Source: Dickeya dadantii NCPPB 898 (GTDB taxonomy: Bacteria; Pseudomonadota; Gammaproteobacteria; Enterobacterales; Enterobacteriaceae). From it: 18,373 nucleotides of DNA. The stretch is taken from positions 1,634,078-1,652,450 of the forward strand of contig NZ_CM001976.1 in the NCBI RefSeq assembly GCF_000406145.1, read 5' to 3'. Both the position numbers and the translations under genes were made by a program. Below, one piece after another: positions 7,403-15,518 of the stretch. How positions within the stretch are numbered: position 1 is the stretch's first letter; the number at the start of each line of letters is the position of its first letter. The notes under the pieces are model-generated. The model did no database searches. It was given only the letters and a program-made list of their open reading frames with translations, and was not told the origin of the DNA.

Positions 7403-8500
7403 ATGTTTAAGGCGCGCATGAAACGGCTAACCGTGCGGATGGCCGAAACGAAAACTGACGGCGTCTTTATCGGGCCGACCTCCAACATGAAGTGGCTGGT
7501 TGGATTCGACCCACATGGTGACGAACGTCCGGTTATGCTCGTTGTCGGGCCGAAATCTGCCGCCTTCCTGATGCCAGCACTGAATGCAGATAGCGCGCGC
7601 CAGCACACTGACCTTCCCTTCCACACCTGGTCGGATGCGCAAGGTGCAGCCGTAGCCTTCGGCAAGGTGCTGTCGGAGACCGGTATTTCCAGCGTCACGA
7701 ACCCGTCCATTGCGCTTGATGAAACCATGCGCGCCGATTTCGCCCTGATGATCGTAGATGCGCTTCCAGGCGCGAAACGACAATTCCTCGTCGATACGGT
7801 GGGCGCACTGCGCGCAGCCAAGGACGAGAGTGAATACAAGCTTCTGAAAATGAATGCGCTGATCGACGATGAGACGATGTGTACGGCCTTTGCTGCGCTC
7901 AAGCCCGGCATGAGCGAGCTGGAAGCCGCCGGAATCATCGAGCGGACCTTCAAGGCGAATGGCGCATCCGTTGAATTCGTCATCGTCTGCTTCGGCGAAA
8001 ACGGTGCTTATCCGCACCACCATTCCGGCGAACGCCGCCTGAAGGAGGGTGATGCGATCCTCATCGATATCGGCGGCCGCAAGGATGGCTATCCGAGCGA
8101 CATGACCCGCGTCGGCTATTGCGGCGCCCCGCCGAAAGGCTTCGAGGAAGTCACGGCCATCGTGGAACTCGCGGTGCAGGCGGCCATCGCCGCAGCGCGG
8201 CCGGGCGTAAAGGCATCCGACGTCGACCGCGCCGCCCGCGAAACGATTGCAGCGGCGGGCTTCGGCGACTGCTTCCTGCACCGGACCGGCCACGGTCTCG
8301 GCATTGACACTCACGAGCGGCCCTATATCACCGCGACGTCCGACGTCCTTCTTCAGACTGGCAATGTCTTTTCCATCGAACCGGGCATCTACCTGACCGA
8401 CCGGTTCGGCGTACGGCTGGAAGAGATCGTCCTCCTGCGCGAGACCGGCGCGGAAGTACTCTCTGAACTATCCCGCAAGCCGGTCCGCGTTAGCATTTGA
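7403..8500 (+). CDS. M24-family metallopeptidase (Xaa-Pro dipeptidase / aminopeptidase P-like, creatinase-type N-domain)
   Basis: The ATG at 7403 lies 8 nt after AGGAG (7390-7394). The GTG at 7397 in the track is too close to the SD. The pita-bread metal-ligand pattern is present: DAILIDIGGRKDGYPSDMTR, HRTGHGLGIDTHERP, VFSIEPGIY, RLEEIV. Confidence 0.9.
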   Translation: MFKARMKRLTVRMAETKTDGVFIGPTSNMKWLVGFDPHGDERPVMLVVGPKSAAFLMPALNADSARQHTDLPFHTWSDAQGAAVAFGKVLSETGISSVTNPSIALDETMRADFALMIVDALPGAKRQFLVDTVGALRAAKDESEYKLLKMNALIDDETMCTAFAALKPGMSELEAAGIIERTFKANGASVEFVIVCFGENGAYPHHHSGERRLKEGDAILIDIGGRKDGYPSDMTRVGYCGAPPKGFEEVTAIVELAVQAAIAAARPGVKASDVDRAARETIAAAGFGDCFLHRTGHGLGIDTHERPYITATSDVLLQTGNVFSIEPGIYLTDRFGVRLEEIVLLRETGAEVLSELSRKPVRVSI

Positions 8501-8513
8501 GGAGTGACTAGGT

Positions 8514-9020
8514 ATGTCGAAGATTATCATTCGTAGACCTGAGGCAGAGGATGGCGATGACATTGCCGCCATTTACGCTGTTGAGGAGGTTGTAGGGTTC
8601 ACCGCGCAACTCCCGTATCGTGATGTCCAGTTCTGGCGAGATTTTTACCGCACGCGCGACCCGGAGGGTATGGAACTGGTGGCCGAGATCAACGACCGTG
8701 TGGTCGGTCATCTCGGCATGATCCTCAACCGCGCGCCGCGCCGCAAGCATGTCGGCAGCTTTGGCCTCTGCGTCCATGTGGATTTTCACGGGCAGGGCGT
8801 TGGTCGGGCATTGATGGCTGAAATGATCAACCTTGCTGACAACTGGCTCAACCTTGTCCGCCTTGAATTGTCGGTGGCTTCTGAAAACAGTCGTGCCATT
8901 GCGCTCTATCGAAGCTTCGGCTTCGAGACCGAGGGCGAGTTCAAGATGGATCTGTTCCGCAACGGTCGTTATGGAAACACAACCCAGATGGCGCGACTGC
9001 GAGTTCCAGTGGGGTCGTGA
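8514..9020 (+). CDS. GNAT-family N-acetyltransferase (second acetyltransferase of the cassette)
   Basis: The start lies 13 nt after the peptidase stop, and GAGGAG overlaps that stop, which suggests an operon. The acetyl-CoA binding core is VHVDFHGQGVGRALMAEMINLAD, with the C-terminal NSRAIALYRSFGFETEG. Substrate unknown. Confidence 0.88.
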   Translation: MSKIIIRRPEAEDGDDIAAIYAVEEVVGFTAQLPYRDVQFWRDFYRTRDPEGMELVAEINDRVVGHLGMILNRAPRRKHVGSFGLCVHVDFHGQGVGRALMAEMINLADNWLNLVRLELSVASENSRAIALYRSFGFETEGEFKMDLFRNGRYGNTTQMARLRVPVGS

Positions 9021-9070
9021 CCCTACCTCCTATCCGCAGCTCGATCAATTTCTATGCTCGGCTCGGTCTT

Positions 9071-9561
<491 letters not shown>

Positions 9562-9617
9562 GGCTTCACTCCTATGTTTTCAAGCCAGTCGCGCAGGTTG
9601 GCTACTTGCCACCTCAG

Positions 9618-10673
9618 CTATTCCACATCCTGCACGACGGCATCGGTTATCACCTGTGCGCGTTGACAATCAGCCTGCTGCTCCCACCACGCCGGCGTCG
9701 CCGTAGGCATCCCCAGTGTGACGATTTCCCCCAGCATCGGCATGATCATCGGCAACTGCCGCTCTCGCGCCAATTGGCTGCTGTTGCGCACCGGGTCGGC
9801 CCAGTCGTGAAAGGCCAGCGCGAACATCCCCCAGTGGATCGGCATAAACAGGCTGGCGCGCACGTCCTGCACCGCCTGCACGGTCTGTTCCGGGTGCATG
9901 TGTGAGTCCGGCCAGCGTTCGTTGTACTGGCCGTTTTCCATAAATGCCAGGGAGAACGGGCCGAAGCGTTCGCCGATATCGCGGAAGTGCTCGCCATAGC
10001 CGGAGTCGCCGCTGAAAAAAATGCGCTCCCGCTGTCCCTGAATCACCCAGGACGCCCATAGCGTAGTATTACGGCCGGATAGGCTGCGGCCGGAAAAGTG
10101 GTGCGACGGCGTGGCGGTGAACGTGATGTCGTTAAGCGTATGAGATTGATACCATTCCAGCTCCTGAATCCGTTCCGCTTCAATGCCCCATTTTTTCAGG
10201 TGCTCGCCCACTTTCAGCGGGGCGATAAAGCGGGTCGGGGTGTCGCGGAAGGCGCGAATGGTCTGTTCGTCGAGATGGTCGTAGTGGTCGTGCGACAGCA
10301 GAATGATGTCGATGTCCGGCAGCGCTTCGCGCGCCAGCACCGGCGGCTGAAAACGGCGAAACATAAAGCTGAATGGCGACACGCTGGCGGAAAACACCGG
10401 GTCGATCAGGATGCGGGTATCATCCAGATTGAGCAGCAGGGTCGAGTGTCCGAACCAGATAAATTTGAGGCGCTCGTCGACGGCGAGGAACGCATTGAGG
10501 TCAGGGGATATCACCGGCAGTCGTTTGTCCGGTACGCGACCTTTGCGCTGAAAACCGAGCCGCCACAGCAGCGACAGGCTTTGCCACAGGTTCATCCGCG
10601 GCGCGGCTGACGGGCGCAGGTTGAAAAAACGCCCGGTCTGTGGGTTGTAGTGCGGCCTAATGTCATCTGGCAT
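9618..10673 (-). CDS. MBL-fold metallo-hydrolase (NAPE-PLD / Lactamase_B_2-like)
   Basis: 351 aa, with the metal motif LLSHDHYDHLD and downstream ATPSHHFSGR, FFSGDSGY and MPIHWGMF, typical of the beta-lactamase-fold hydrolase superfamily. Confidence 0.88.
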   Translation of the reverse strand: MPDDIRPHYNPQTGRFFNLRPSAAPRMNLWQSLSLLWRLGFQRKGRVPDKRLPVISPDLNAFLAVDERLKFIWFGHSTLLLNLDDTRILIDPVFSASVSPFSFMFRRFQPPVLAREALPDIDIILLSHDHYDHLDEQTIRAFRDTPTRFIAPLKVGEHLKKWGIEAERIQELEWYQSHTLNDITFTATPSHHFSGRSLSGRNTTLWASWVIQGQRERIFFSGDSGYGEHFRDIGERFGPFSLAFMENGQYNERWPDSHMHPEQTVQAVQDVRASLFMPIHWGMFALAFHDWADPVRNSSQLARERQLPMIMPMLGEIVTLGMPTATPAWWEQQADCQRAQVITDAVVQDVE

Positions 10674-10846
10674 ATGCTCTCCTGGAATGAGTAGGGTTGA
10701 ACCGGCTGGGTTAGTGCGTCAAAACGGGGTGAGGCTATCAATGCCAGCGAGGTTACGGATAGCACGCCGCTGTCATCCCTGTCATCGCATATAATGCGGT
10801 ATTTATTTGATACTCTTATGTTCAGGCATAGCCGCGCGGTGGATAT

Positions 10847-11773
10847 TCAGAGGTTGAATTTGCCTATCCAGGGGCTGTTCTTCTCGTTGGACCACAGATG
10901 CATCAGGATATCTTTAAAGCGCTCAGCCGCTGGCGTCAGCGTGGAGTCCTTGCGTTGCACCACGCCGAGCGTTCTGCGCACGACCGGTTCTATCAGCGGT
11001 TTGCTCACTAACACATGGTGCTCGTCGCGCGGCATCGCCAGACTGGGGACGGCCGCGATACCCAGACCGGCTTCCACCATGCCAAGCGAGGTCGACAGGT
11101 GGCGTACCTCATAAAACCAGTTAGGTTTCCAGGCGCTGTTTTCCAGCGCCTGTTCAATCAGCAACCGGTTGCCGCTGGAGCGTCTCACGCCAATCAGCGG
11201 GTAATCCGCCAGTTCCTCCCACATCACCAGCGACTTTTTTGCCAGCGGATGGTCACGCCGGCAGGCCAGTACAAAGGGCTCATTCACCAACGGCGTAAAC
11301 TCCACATTAAAGTGTGTGACGTTGATCATGTTAATACCAAAATCCGCGTCTCCGTTGAGTACCGCGTCCAGACAATCGCTTGCGCTGTGTTCCAGTATGC
11401 GAATGCGGATATTCGGGTAGTGTTCGTTGTAATTACGAATAACGGCAGGCAGGAAATAGAAAGCGGCGGTGGGAATACAAGACAGCGTAACAAAGCCGGT
11501 CTGGTGTGAGGCCATTTCCTGAATGTTCAGTATGGAGTTTTCATAAAAATCAATGAGGTTTCTTGCGTTAGGCAAAAAGCTTTTGCCAACGGCGGTCAGG
11601 CTGACCCGGCGGGTCGAGCGTTCAAACAGCGTGGTTCCCAGGCTCTCTTCCAGCTTTTTTATCCGTCGCGTTAACGCCGGTTGAGAAATGTGCAACAGCT
11701 CTGAGGCTTTGGTAAAGCAGCCGGTATCCGCAATTTTGACAAACGCCTTGATGCCCTGAAGCTCATGCTGCAT
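10847..11773 (-). CDS. LysR-family transcriptional regulator, divergent from the PrpF-family gene
   Basis: I prefer the ATG at 11773, preceded by AGGAGAG, over the track's upstream start at 11806. The N-terminal HTH is LQGIKAFVKIADTGCFTKASELLHISQPALTRRIKKLEESLGTTLFERSTRRVSLT, followed by a typical LysR substrate-binding domain. Confidence 0.9.
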   Translation of the reverse strand: MQHELQGIKAFVKIADTGCFTKASELLHISQPALTRRIKKLEESLGTTLFERSTRRVSLTAVGKSFLPNARNLIDFYENSILNIQEMASHQTGFVTLSCIPTAAFYFLPAVIRNYNEHYPNIRIRILEHSASDCLDAVLNGDADFGINMINVTHFNVEFTPLVNEPFVLACRRDHPLAKKSLVMWEELADYPLIGVRRSSGNRLLIEQALENSAWKPNWFYEVRHLSTSLGMVEAGLGIAAVPSLAMPRDEHHVLVSKPLIEPVVRRTLGVVQRKDSTLTPAAERFKDILMHLWSNEKNSPWIGKFNL

Positions 11774-11826
11774 CGACTTTCTCTCCTGCTGGTGGGGAAC
11801 TGACACGGTAATCTGTAATCGCTACG

Positions 11827-11853
11827 CGATTAATGCAAGAAATAAATTAATCG
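11827..11853. promoter_or_regulatory. Candidate LysR operator: CGATTAAT-N11-ATTAATCG, adjacent to a TTGACA -35 box
   Basis: A perfect 8-bp inverted repeat (11827-11834 / 11846-11853) with an 11-nt spacer contains the T-N11-A LysR architecture. It sits in the divergent intergenic region. A consensus TTGACA lies at 11862-11867, oriented toward the PrpF-family gene. The best -10 I see is TGcTATGGG (11884-11892) after a longish spacer. Confidence 0.55.
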
Positions 11854-11931
11854 TTATTTTTTTGACATTAGAGTCATGGATAGTGCTATGGGATGCTTGT
11901 GCCATCAAAAGCGGTTCAGTCGTGAGAGAGC

Positions 11932-13026
11932 ATGATGGTAAAGATTCCCTGTGTATTAATGCGCGGCGGTACGTCAAAAGGCCCGGTGATTCTGGCCAGC
12001 GATTTACCGCAAGATCGCCAACAGCGTGATGAAGTATTGCTGGCATTGATGGGCTCCGGCCATGAGCTGGAGATTGACGGTATTGGCGGCGGCGCGCCGC
12101 AAACCAGCAAGGTGGCGATTGTCAGCAAATCCACCCACCCGGATGCGGATGTGGATTACCTGTTCGCACAGGTGATGGTGAAAGAGCGCCGGGTGGATAC
12201 CACGCCGAACTGCGGCAATATGCTGTGCGCCGTGGGACCGTTCGCTATTGAGCATGGATTGGTGACCGCCAACCATCCAACCACACGGGTGCGCATTCGT
12301 AACCTGAATACCGGTACGCTGGTGGATGCGGATATTCATACGCCGCAGCGGCGCGTGGAGTACGACGGCGAAACCGAAATCGACGGTGTACCCGGTAGTG
12401 CGGCCCCGGTGGGGCTGACATTCCTGAATTCGGCTGGCAGCAAAACCGGCAAACTGTTTCCCTCCGGCAAGGTGCGTGATGTGTTTGACGGGGTCGAGGT
12501 GACTTGCATCGATATGGCGATGCCGATGGTGCTTATCGATGCCCGCTCGTTGAATAAGACGGGCAGTGAGTCTCCGCAGGCGCTGGAGGCGGACAGGGCA
12601 TTTATGCAACAACTGGAGCGCATTCGATTACAGGCCGGGCAGGCGATGGGGCTGGGTGACGTCAGCAATAAAGTTATCCCTAAACCGGTATTGCTCAGCC
12701 CGCCGACCGCCGGCGGAACGCTTCAGGTGCGTTATTTTATGCCGCATAACTGCCACCGCTCTCTGGCAATTACCGGATCTATCGGTATTTCTACCGCTTG
12801 TGTAGTAGAAAACAGCGTGGCACAAACGGTACTGCCGGAGAAATATCGACAAATTTTTCTGGAGGAGGTCAATATTGAGCACCCCAGTGGAAAAATTGCC
12901 GTGTCGCTGATGAAAAACGGCGAGCTTTACGAAGATATTCGTGCTTCTGTTATTCGAACGGCGAGAAAGTTATTTGTTGGTAATGTCTTTATTCCTTCAT
13001 ACTCTCTGGAAACAGCAGATATTTAA
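11932..13026 (+). CDS. PrpF-family isomerase (methylaconitate/aconitate isomerase or 4-oxalomesaconate tautomerase class)
   Basis: KIPCVLMRGGTSKGPVILASDLP, LLALMGSGHELEIDGIGGGAPQTSKVAIVS and VDYLFAQV...VDTTPNCGNMLCAVGPFAIEHGLV match the diaminopimelate-epimerase-like PrpF/GalD family, including the catalytic-region PNCGN motif. Confidence 0.88.
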   Translation: MMVKIPCVLMRGGTSKGPVILASDLPQDRQQRDEVLLALMGSGHELEIDGIGGGAPQTSKVAIVSKSTHPDADVDYLFAQVMVKERRVDTTPNCGNMLCAVGPFAIEHGLVTANHPTTRVRIRNLNTGTLVDADIHTPQRRVEYDGETEIDGVPGSAAPVGLTFLNSAGSKTGKLFPSGKVRDVFDGVEVTCIDMAMPMVLIDARSLNKTGSESPQALEADRAFMQQLERIRLQAGQAMGLGDVSNKVIPKPVLLSPPTAGGTLQVRYFMPHNCHRSLAITGSIGISTACVVENSVAQTVLPEKYRQIFLEEVNIEHPSGKIAVSLMKNGELYEDIRASVIRTARKLFVGNVFIPSYSLETADI

Positions 13027-13091
13027 AAATAATTAATGTAACAAGTGATTTTTTATTCCCTGTATCCCTACAAATATATTGTGAGGTTATT

Positions 13092-14336
13092 ATGAGTGCA
13101 ATTCAGGCACCTACATCAAATGATCAGGAACAACCTGTTAATATCACGAAGTATTTGCGTGTTATTTTCGCTCTGGCTTTTTCCGGTCTGGCCGAACTGG
13201 CATCATTATTTTTTATTCAACCGTTATTACCGGTGCTGGCTAAAGATTATGACGTTCCGGTCAGCCAGGTGAGTATTATTCTGTCGGCGGAAACCGCCAT
13301 GCTGGCTATCGGGTTGTTGTTTACCGGCACATTAGCCGACCGTTACGGGCGCAAACGGCTAATTGTGGTGTCACTGCTGCTGGGCGGACTTCTGACGCTG
13401 ATTTGCCCACTGGTAAAATCCTGGGCATTGCTGGTAATGGTGCGGGGCGTGATTGGCCTGGCGCTAAGTGGTATTGCCGCCGCTGCGACCGCCTATATCA
13501 GTGAAGAAGTTGCTCCGGTAGTGGCCGGCGTGGTGACGGGATATTTCGTATTTGGTAATTCGATTGGCGGCATGTCGGGTCGCGTTATCGCCAGCCAGTT
13601 GATTGGCAATACCTCTATTGATGTTATCTTCTATGGCTTTGCCTTTACGCTGATGTTTGCCGCGCTGCTGGTTTCGGTGGTGCTGCCCGCATCGAAAAAC
13701 TTTACTGCCAGCAGTAGCCTGAACTTTTCCTACATCGTCAAAGGGGCTATGGCGCATTTTAAAAACAAAAAATTGTCCCTGATGTATGTGGTTAGTTTCA
13801 TTATTTTTGGCGTATTTACCTCGCTGTATAATTATCTGGCCTTTTTCCTGGCGCGTGAACCCTTTAATGTCTCTCATGCTAATGCCGGGTTAATTTCTTT
13901 CAGTTTTTTAATGAGCTTCTTTACCGCGCCACAAGCAGGTCGCTTATCGCAAAAATATGGCGCAATGAAAGTCTTGTCTGCATTATTTACGCTAATGGTT
14001 GTCGGTATGCTGCTGACGTTAACCGGTAATTTGCCGATATTTGTCCTCGGCGCTATTCTGTTTACCGGATGTTTCTTTGGCTGCCACTCTATTGGATTGA
14101 GCTGGGTGAGTAAAAATGCCACACACGCCCGTGGTCAGGCAACCGCATTTTACCTGTTCTTTTATTATATGGGCGGCTCCGTAGTTGGTTATTGCAATGG
14201 ATTAATCTTCTCTTCGGCCGGCTGGCTCGGTATGACGGCATTTATTATTACGTTGCTGGTCGGCGGTGTTTTGGTGGCGACTTATCTGAACGGTATACAG
14301 CGTGTCAGTCTGGTTGCAGCACAAAGCAATAAATAA
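13092..14336 (+). CDS. MFS transporter, YnfM-like family
   Basis: A 12-TM-type hydrophobic protein. FIQPLLPVLAKDYDVPVSQVSIILSAETAMLAIGLLFTGTLADRYGRKR and GNSIGGMSGR align closely with my recollection of E. coli YnfM (CVQPILPVLSQEFGL..., GNSIGGMSGR). It is visibly AT-richer than the flanking genes. Confidence 0.88.
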   Translation: MSAIQAPTSNDQEQPVNITKYLRVIFALAFSGLAELASLFFIQPLLPVLAKDYDVPVSQVSIILSAETAMLAIGLLFTGTLADRYGRKRLIVVSLLLGGLLTLICPLVKSWALLVMVRGVIGLALSGIAAAATAYISEEVAPVVAGVVTGYFVFGNSIGGMSGRVIASQLIGNTSIDVIFYGFAFTLMFAALLVSVVLPASKNFTASSSLNFSYIVKGAMAHFKNKKLSLMYVVSFIIFGVFTSLYNYLAFFLAREPFNVSHANAGLISFSFLMSFFTAPQAGRLSQKYGAMKVLSALFTLMVVGMLLTLTGNLPIFVLGAILFTGCFFGCHSIGLSWVSKNATHARGQATAFYLFFYYMGGSVVGYCNGLIFSSAGWLGMTAFIITLLVGGVLVATYLNGIQRVSLVAAQSNK

Positions 14337-14421
14337 TCGAAAGCAATAAACAATCGAAAGTAATAAACGATCGAAAGTAATAAATAATCGAAAGTAATAA
14401 ATAATCAGATGCAATAGGTGG
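14320..14421. repeat. 17-bp tandem repeat array: four good units and two degenerate flanking units
   Basis: Units start at 14337, 14354, 14371 and 14388: TCGAAAGCAATAAACAA, TCGAAAGTAATAAACGA, then TCGAAAGTAATAAATAA twice. Degenerate units are at 14320 (CACAAAGCAATAAATAA, which contains the MFS stop codon) and 14405 (TCAGATGCAATAGGTGG). The period is exactly 17. Confidence 0.9.
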
Positions 14422-14422
14422 G

Positions 14423-14440
14423 CGGGTAAATAAATACCCG
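14423..14440. other. Central hairpin CGGGTA-AATAAA-TACCCG between the two repeat arrays
   Basis: The 6-bp stem with a 6-nt loop is read directly. Flanking GGTGGG / ACAAACCC allow an imperfect extension. No U-tract follows. Confidence 0.5.
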
Positions 14441-14455
14441 ACAAACCCAATGTCT

Positions 14456-14519
14456 GATAAATAAAACTTTCGATAAATAAAGCTTTCGAGAAATAAAACT
14501 TTTGAGAAATAAAACAAGA
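14456..14519. repeat. 16-bp tandem repeat array (four units) carrying the inverted form of the left array's core
   Basis: Units: GATAAATAAAACTTTC (14456), GATAAATAAAGCTTTC (14472), GAGAAATAAAACTTTT (14488), GAGAAATAAAACAAGA (14504). ACTTTCGAT (14466-14474) is the exact reverse complement of ATCGAAAGT in the left array (for example 14353-14361). The ATAAATAA part keeps the same orientation in both arrays. Confidence 0.88.
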
Positions 14520-14587
14520 GCGACCGCAGCTGACTATTCCTGTTCAGCCGGTACTAAATAACTATTGAATCAACACCAGGTGTGGTT

Positions 14588-15472
14588 ATGAAACTTGCAA
14601 GTTACCGCCATCACGGCAAAAACAGCTACGGGATCCACACGCCGGCGGGCCTGATTGATTTGGGAAGCCGCCTCGGCGACCGTTATCCGGACCTGAAAGC
14701 CTTGCTGGCGGGCGATGCGCTCCAGGACGCCGCGGCGTTCCAGAGCCAGACGCCGGACGTCGCCGTGGCCGACGTGACCTTCCTGCCGGTGATTGTGTCG
14801 CCGTCCAAAATCCTGTGCGTCGGCATGAACTACGCCGACAAACGTAAAGAGTTCAACGAGCAGAACCCGGCGCCGACCCTGTTTGTGCGGTTCGCCGACT
14901 CGCAGACCGGCCACGGTACCCCGGTGCTCAAGCCGCACTACTCCAGCGAGTTCGACTATGAAGGCGAACTGGCGGTGATCATCGGCAAAAGCGGTCAGAA
15001 CATCCCCCGCGACGAGGCACTGTCGTTTGTCGCCGGTTACAGCTGCTATATGGACGGCTCCGCCCGCGACTGGCAGCACAGCTGGTTTACCGCCGGCAAG
15101 AACTGGCAGAAAACCGGGGCGTTCGGGCCGTATCTCACCACCCGTGACGAAATTCCGGATCCGCATGCCCTGACCATCCGTACCTACCTGAACGGCCGCA
15201 TGGTGCAGGACGACAACACCGCCAGCATGATCCACAAGGTGGCGGATCTGATCGAATACATCAGTACCTTCACCGCGCTGAGCGCCGGTGACGTGATCAT
15301 TACCGGCTCGCCGGGCGGTGTCGGCAAGAAACGCACGCCGCCGCTGTTCATGAAGCCGGGCGACAGCATTGAAGTGGAAATTGAAAACGTGGGTCACCTG
15401 CGCAACACCATTGGTGAAGTCGCCCAGCCGGTGAAAACCCCGCGAGCGGCGCCCGCCGCCGTGGGGCACTGA
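14588..15472 (+). CDS. Fumarylacetoacetate hydrolase (FAH)-family protein (hydratase/decarboxylase/isomerase class)
   Basis: I prefer the ATG at 14588 (AGGTG 5 nt upstream) over the GTG at 14582. Family motifs: KILCVGMNYADK, FDYEGELAVIIGK, KNWQKTGAFGPYL, GDVIITGSPGGVG. Specific activity cannot be assigned from sequence. Confidence 0.88.
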   Translation: MKLASYRHHGKNSYGIHTPAGLIDLGSRLGDRYPDLKALLAGDALQDAAAFQSQTPDVAVADVTFLPVIVSPSKILCVGMNYADKRKEFNEQNPAPTLFVRFADSQTGHGTPVLKPHYSSEFDYEGELAVIIGKSGQNIPRDEALSFVAGYSCYMDGSARDWQHSWFTAGKNWQKTGAFGPYLTTRDEIPDPHALTIRTYLNGRMVQDDNTASMIHKVADLIEYISTFTALSAGDVIITGSPGGVGKKRTPPLFMKPGDSIEVEIENVGHLRNTIGEVAQPVKTPRAAPAAVGH

Positions 15473-15480
15473 CAGGCCTC

Positions 15481-15500
15481 GCCTCCGGCTTGCCGGAGGC
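15481..15500 (+). terminator. Hairpin GCCTCCGG-CTTG-CCGGAGGC just after the FAH-family stop (weak terminator candidate)
   Basis: A perfect 8-bp GC-rich stem with a tetraloop, 9 nt after the stop at 15472. GTCGACCCC follows rather than a T-run, so termination is probably only partial, if it occurs at all. Confidence 0.4.
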
Positions 15501-15518
15501 GTCGACCCCACGTGTGAT

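Noticed and set aside
7315-8314. Minus-strand ORFs 7315-7983 and 7427-8314 opposite the M24 peptidase gene
   Set aside because: No domain signatures. The plus strand carries all the M24 metal-binding motifs in one uninterrupted frame.
9562-9617. The 19-codon peptide LRWQVANLRDWLENIGVKP as a hicA toxin gene
   Set aside because: It is far too short for a HicA (about 60 aa), has no start codon of its own, and the similarity rests on about 10 residues. It is kept only as a remark inside the HicB finding.
12004-12882. Minus-strand and off-frame ORFs within the PrpF-family gene (12004-12612, 12336-12668, 12566-12805, 12628-12882)
   Set aside because: They are antisense or off-frame to a CDS with unambiguous family motifs, and have no motifs of their own.
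14202-14517. Minus-strand ORFs 14202-14450 and 14305-14517 with internally repetitive peptides (…YYFRLFITFDRLLLSI…)
   Set aside because: The peptide repetition is simply the translated 17/16-bp DNA repeats. The 17-bp period is not a multiple of three, there is no RBS, and the region is stop-dense on the other strand.
14320-14519. CRISPR array
   Set aside because: The repeats are only 16-17 bp and directly abutting, with no unique spacers. No cas genes or leader are nearby.
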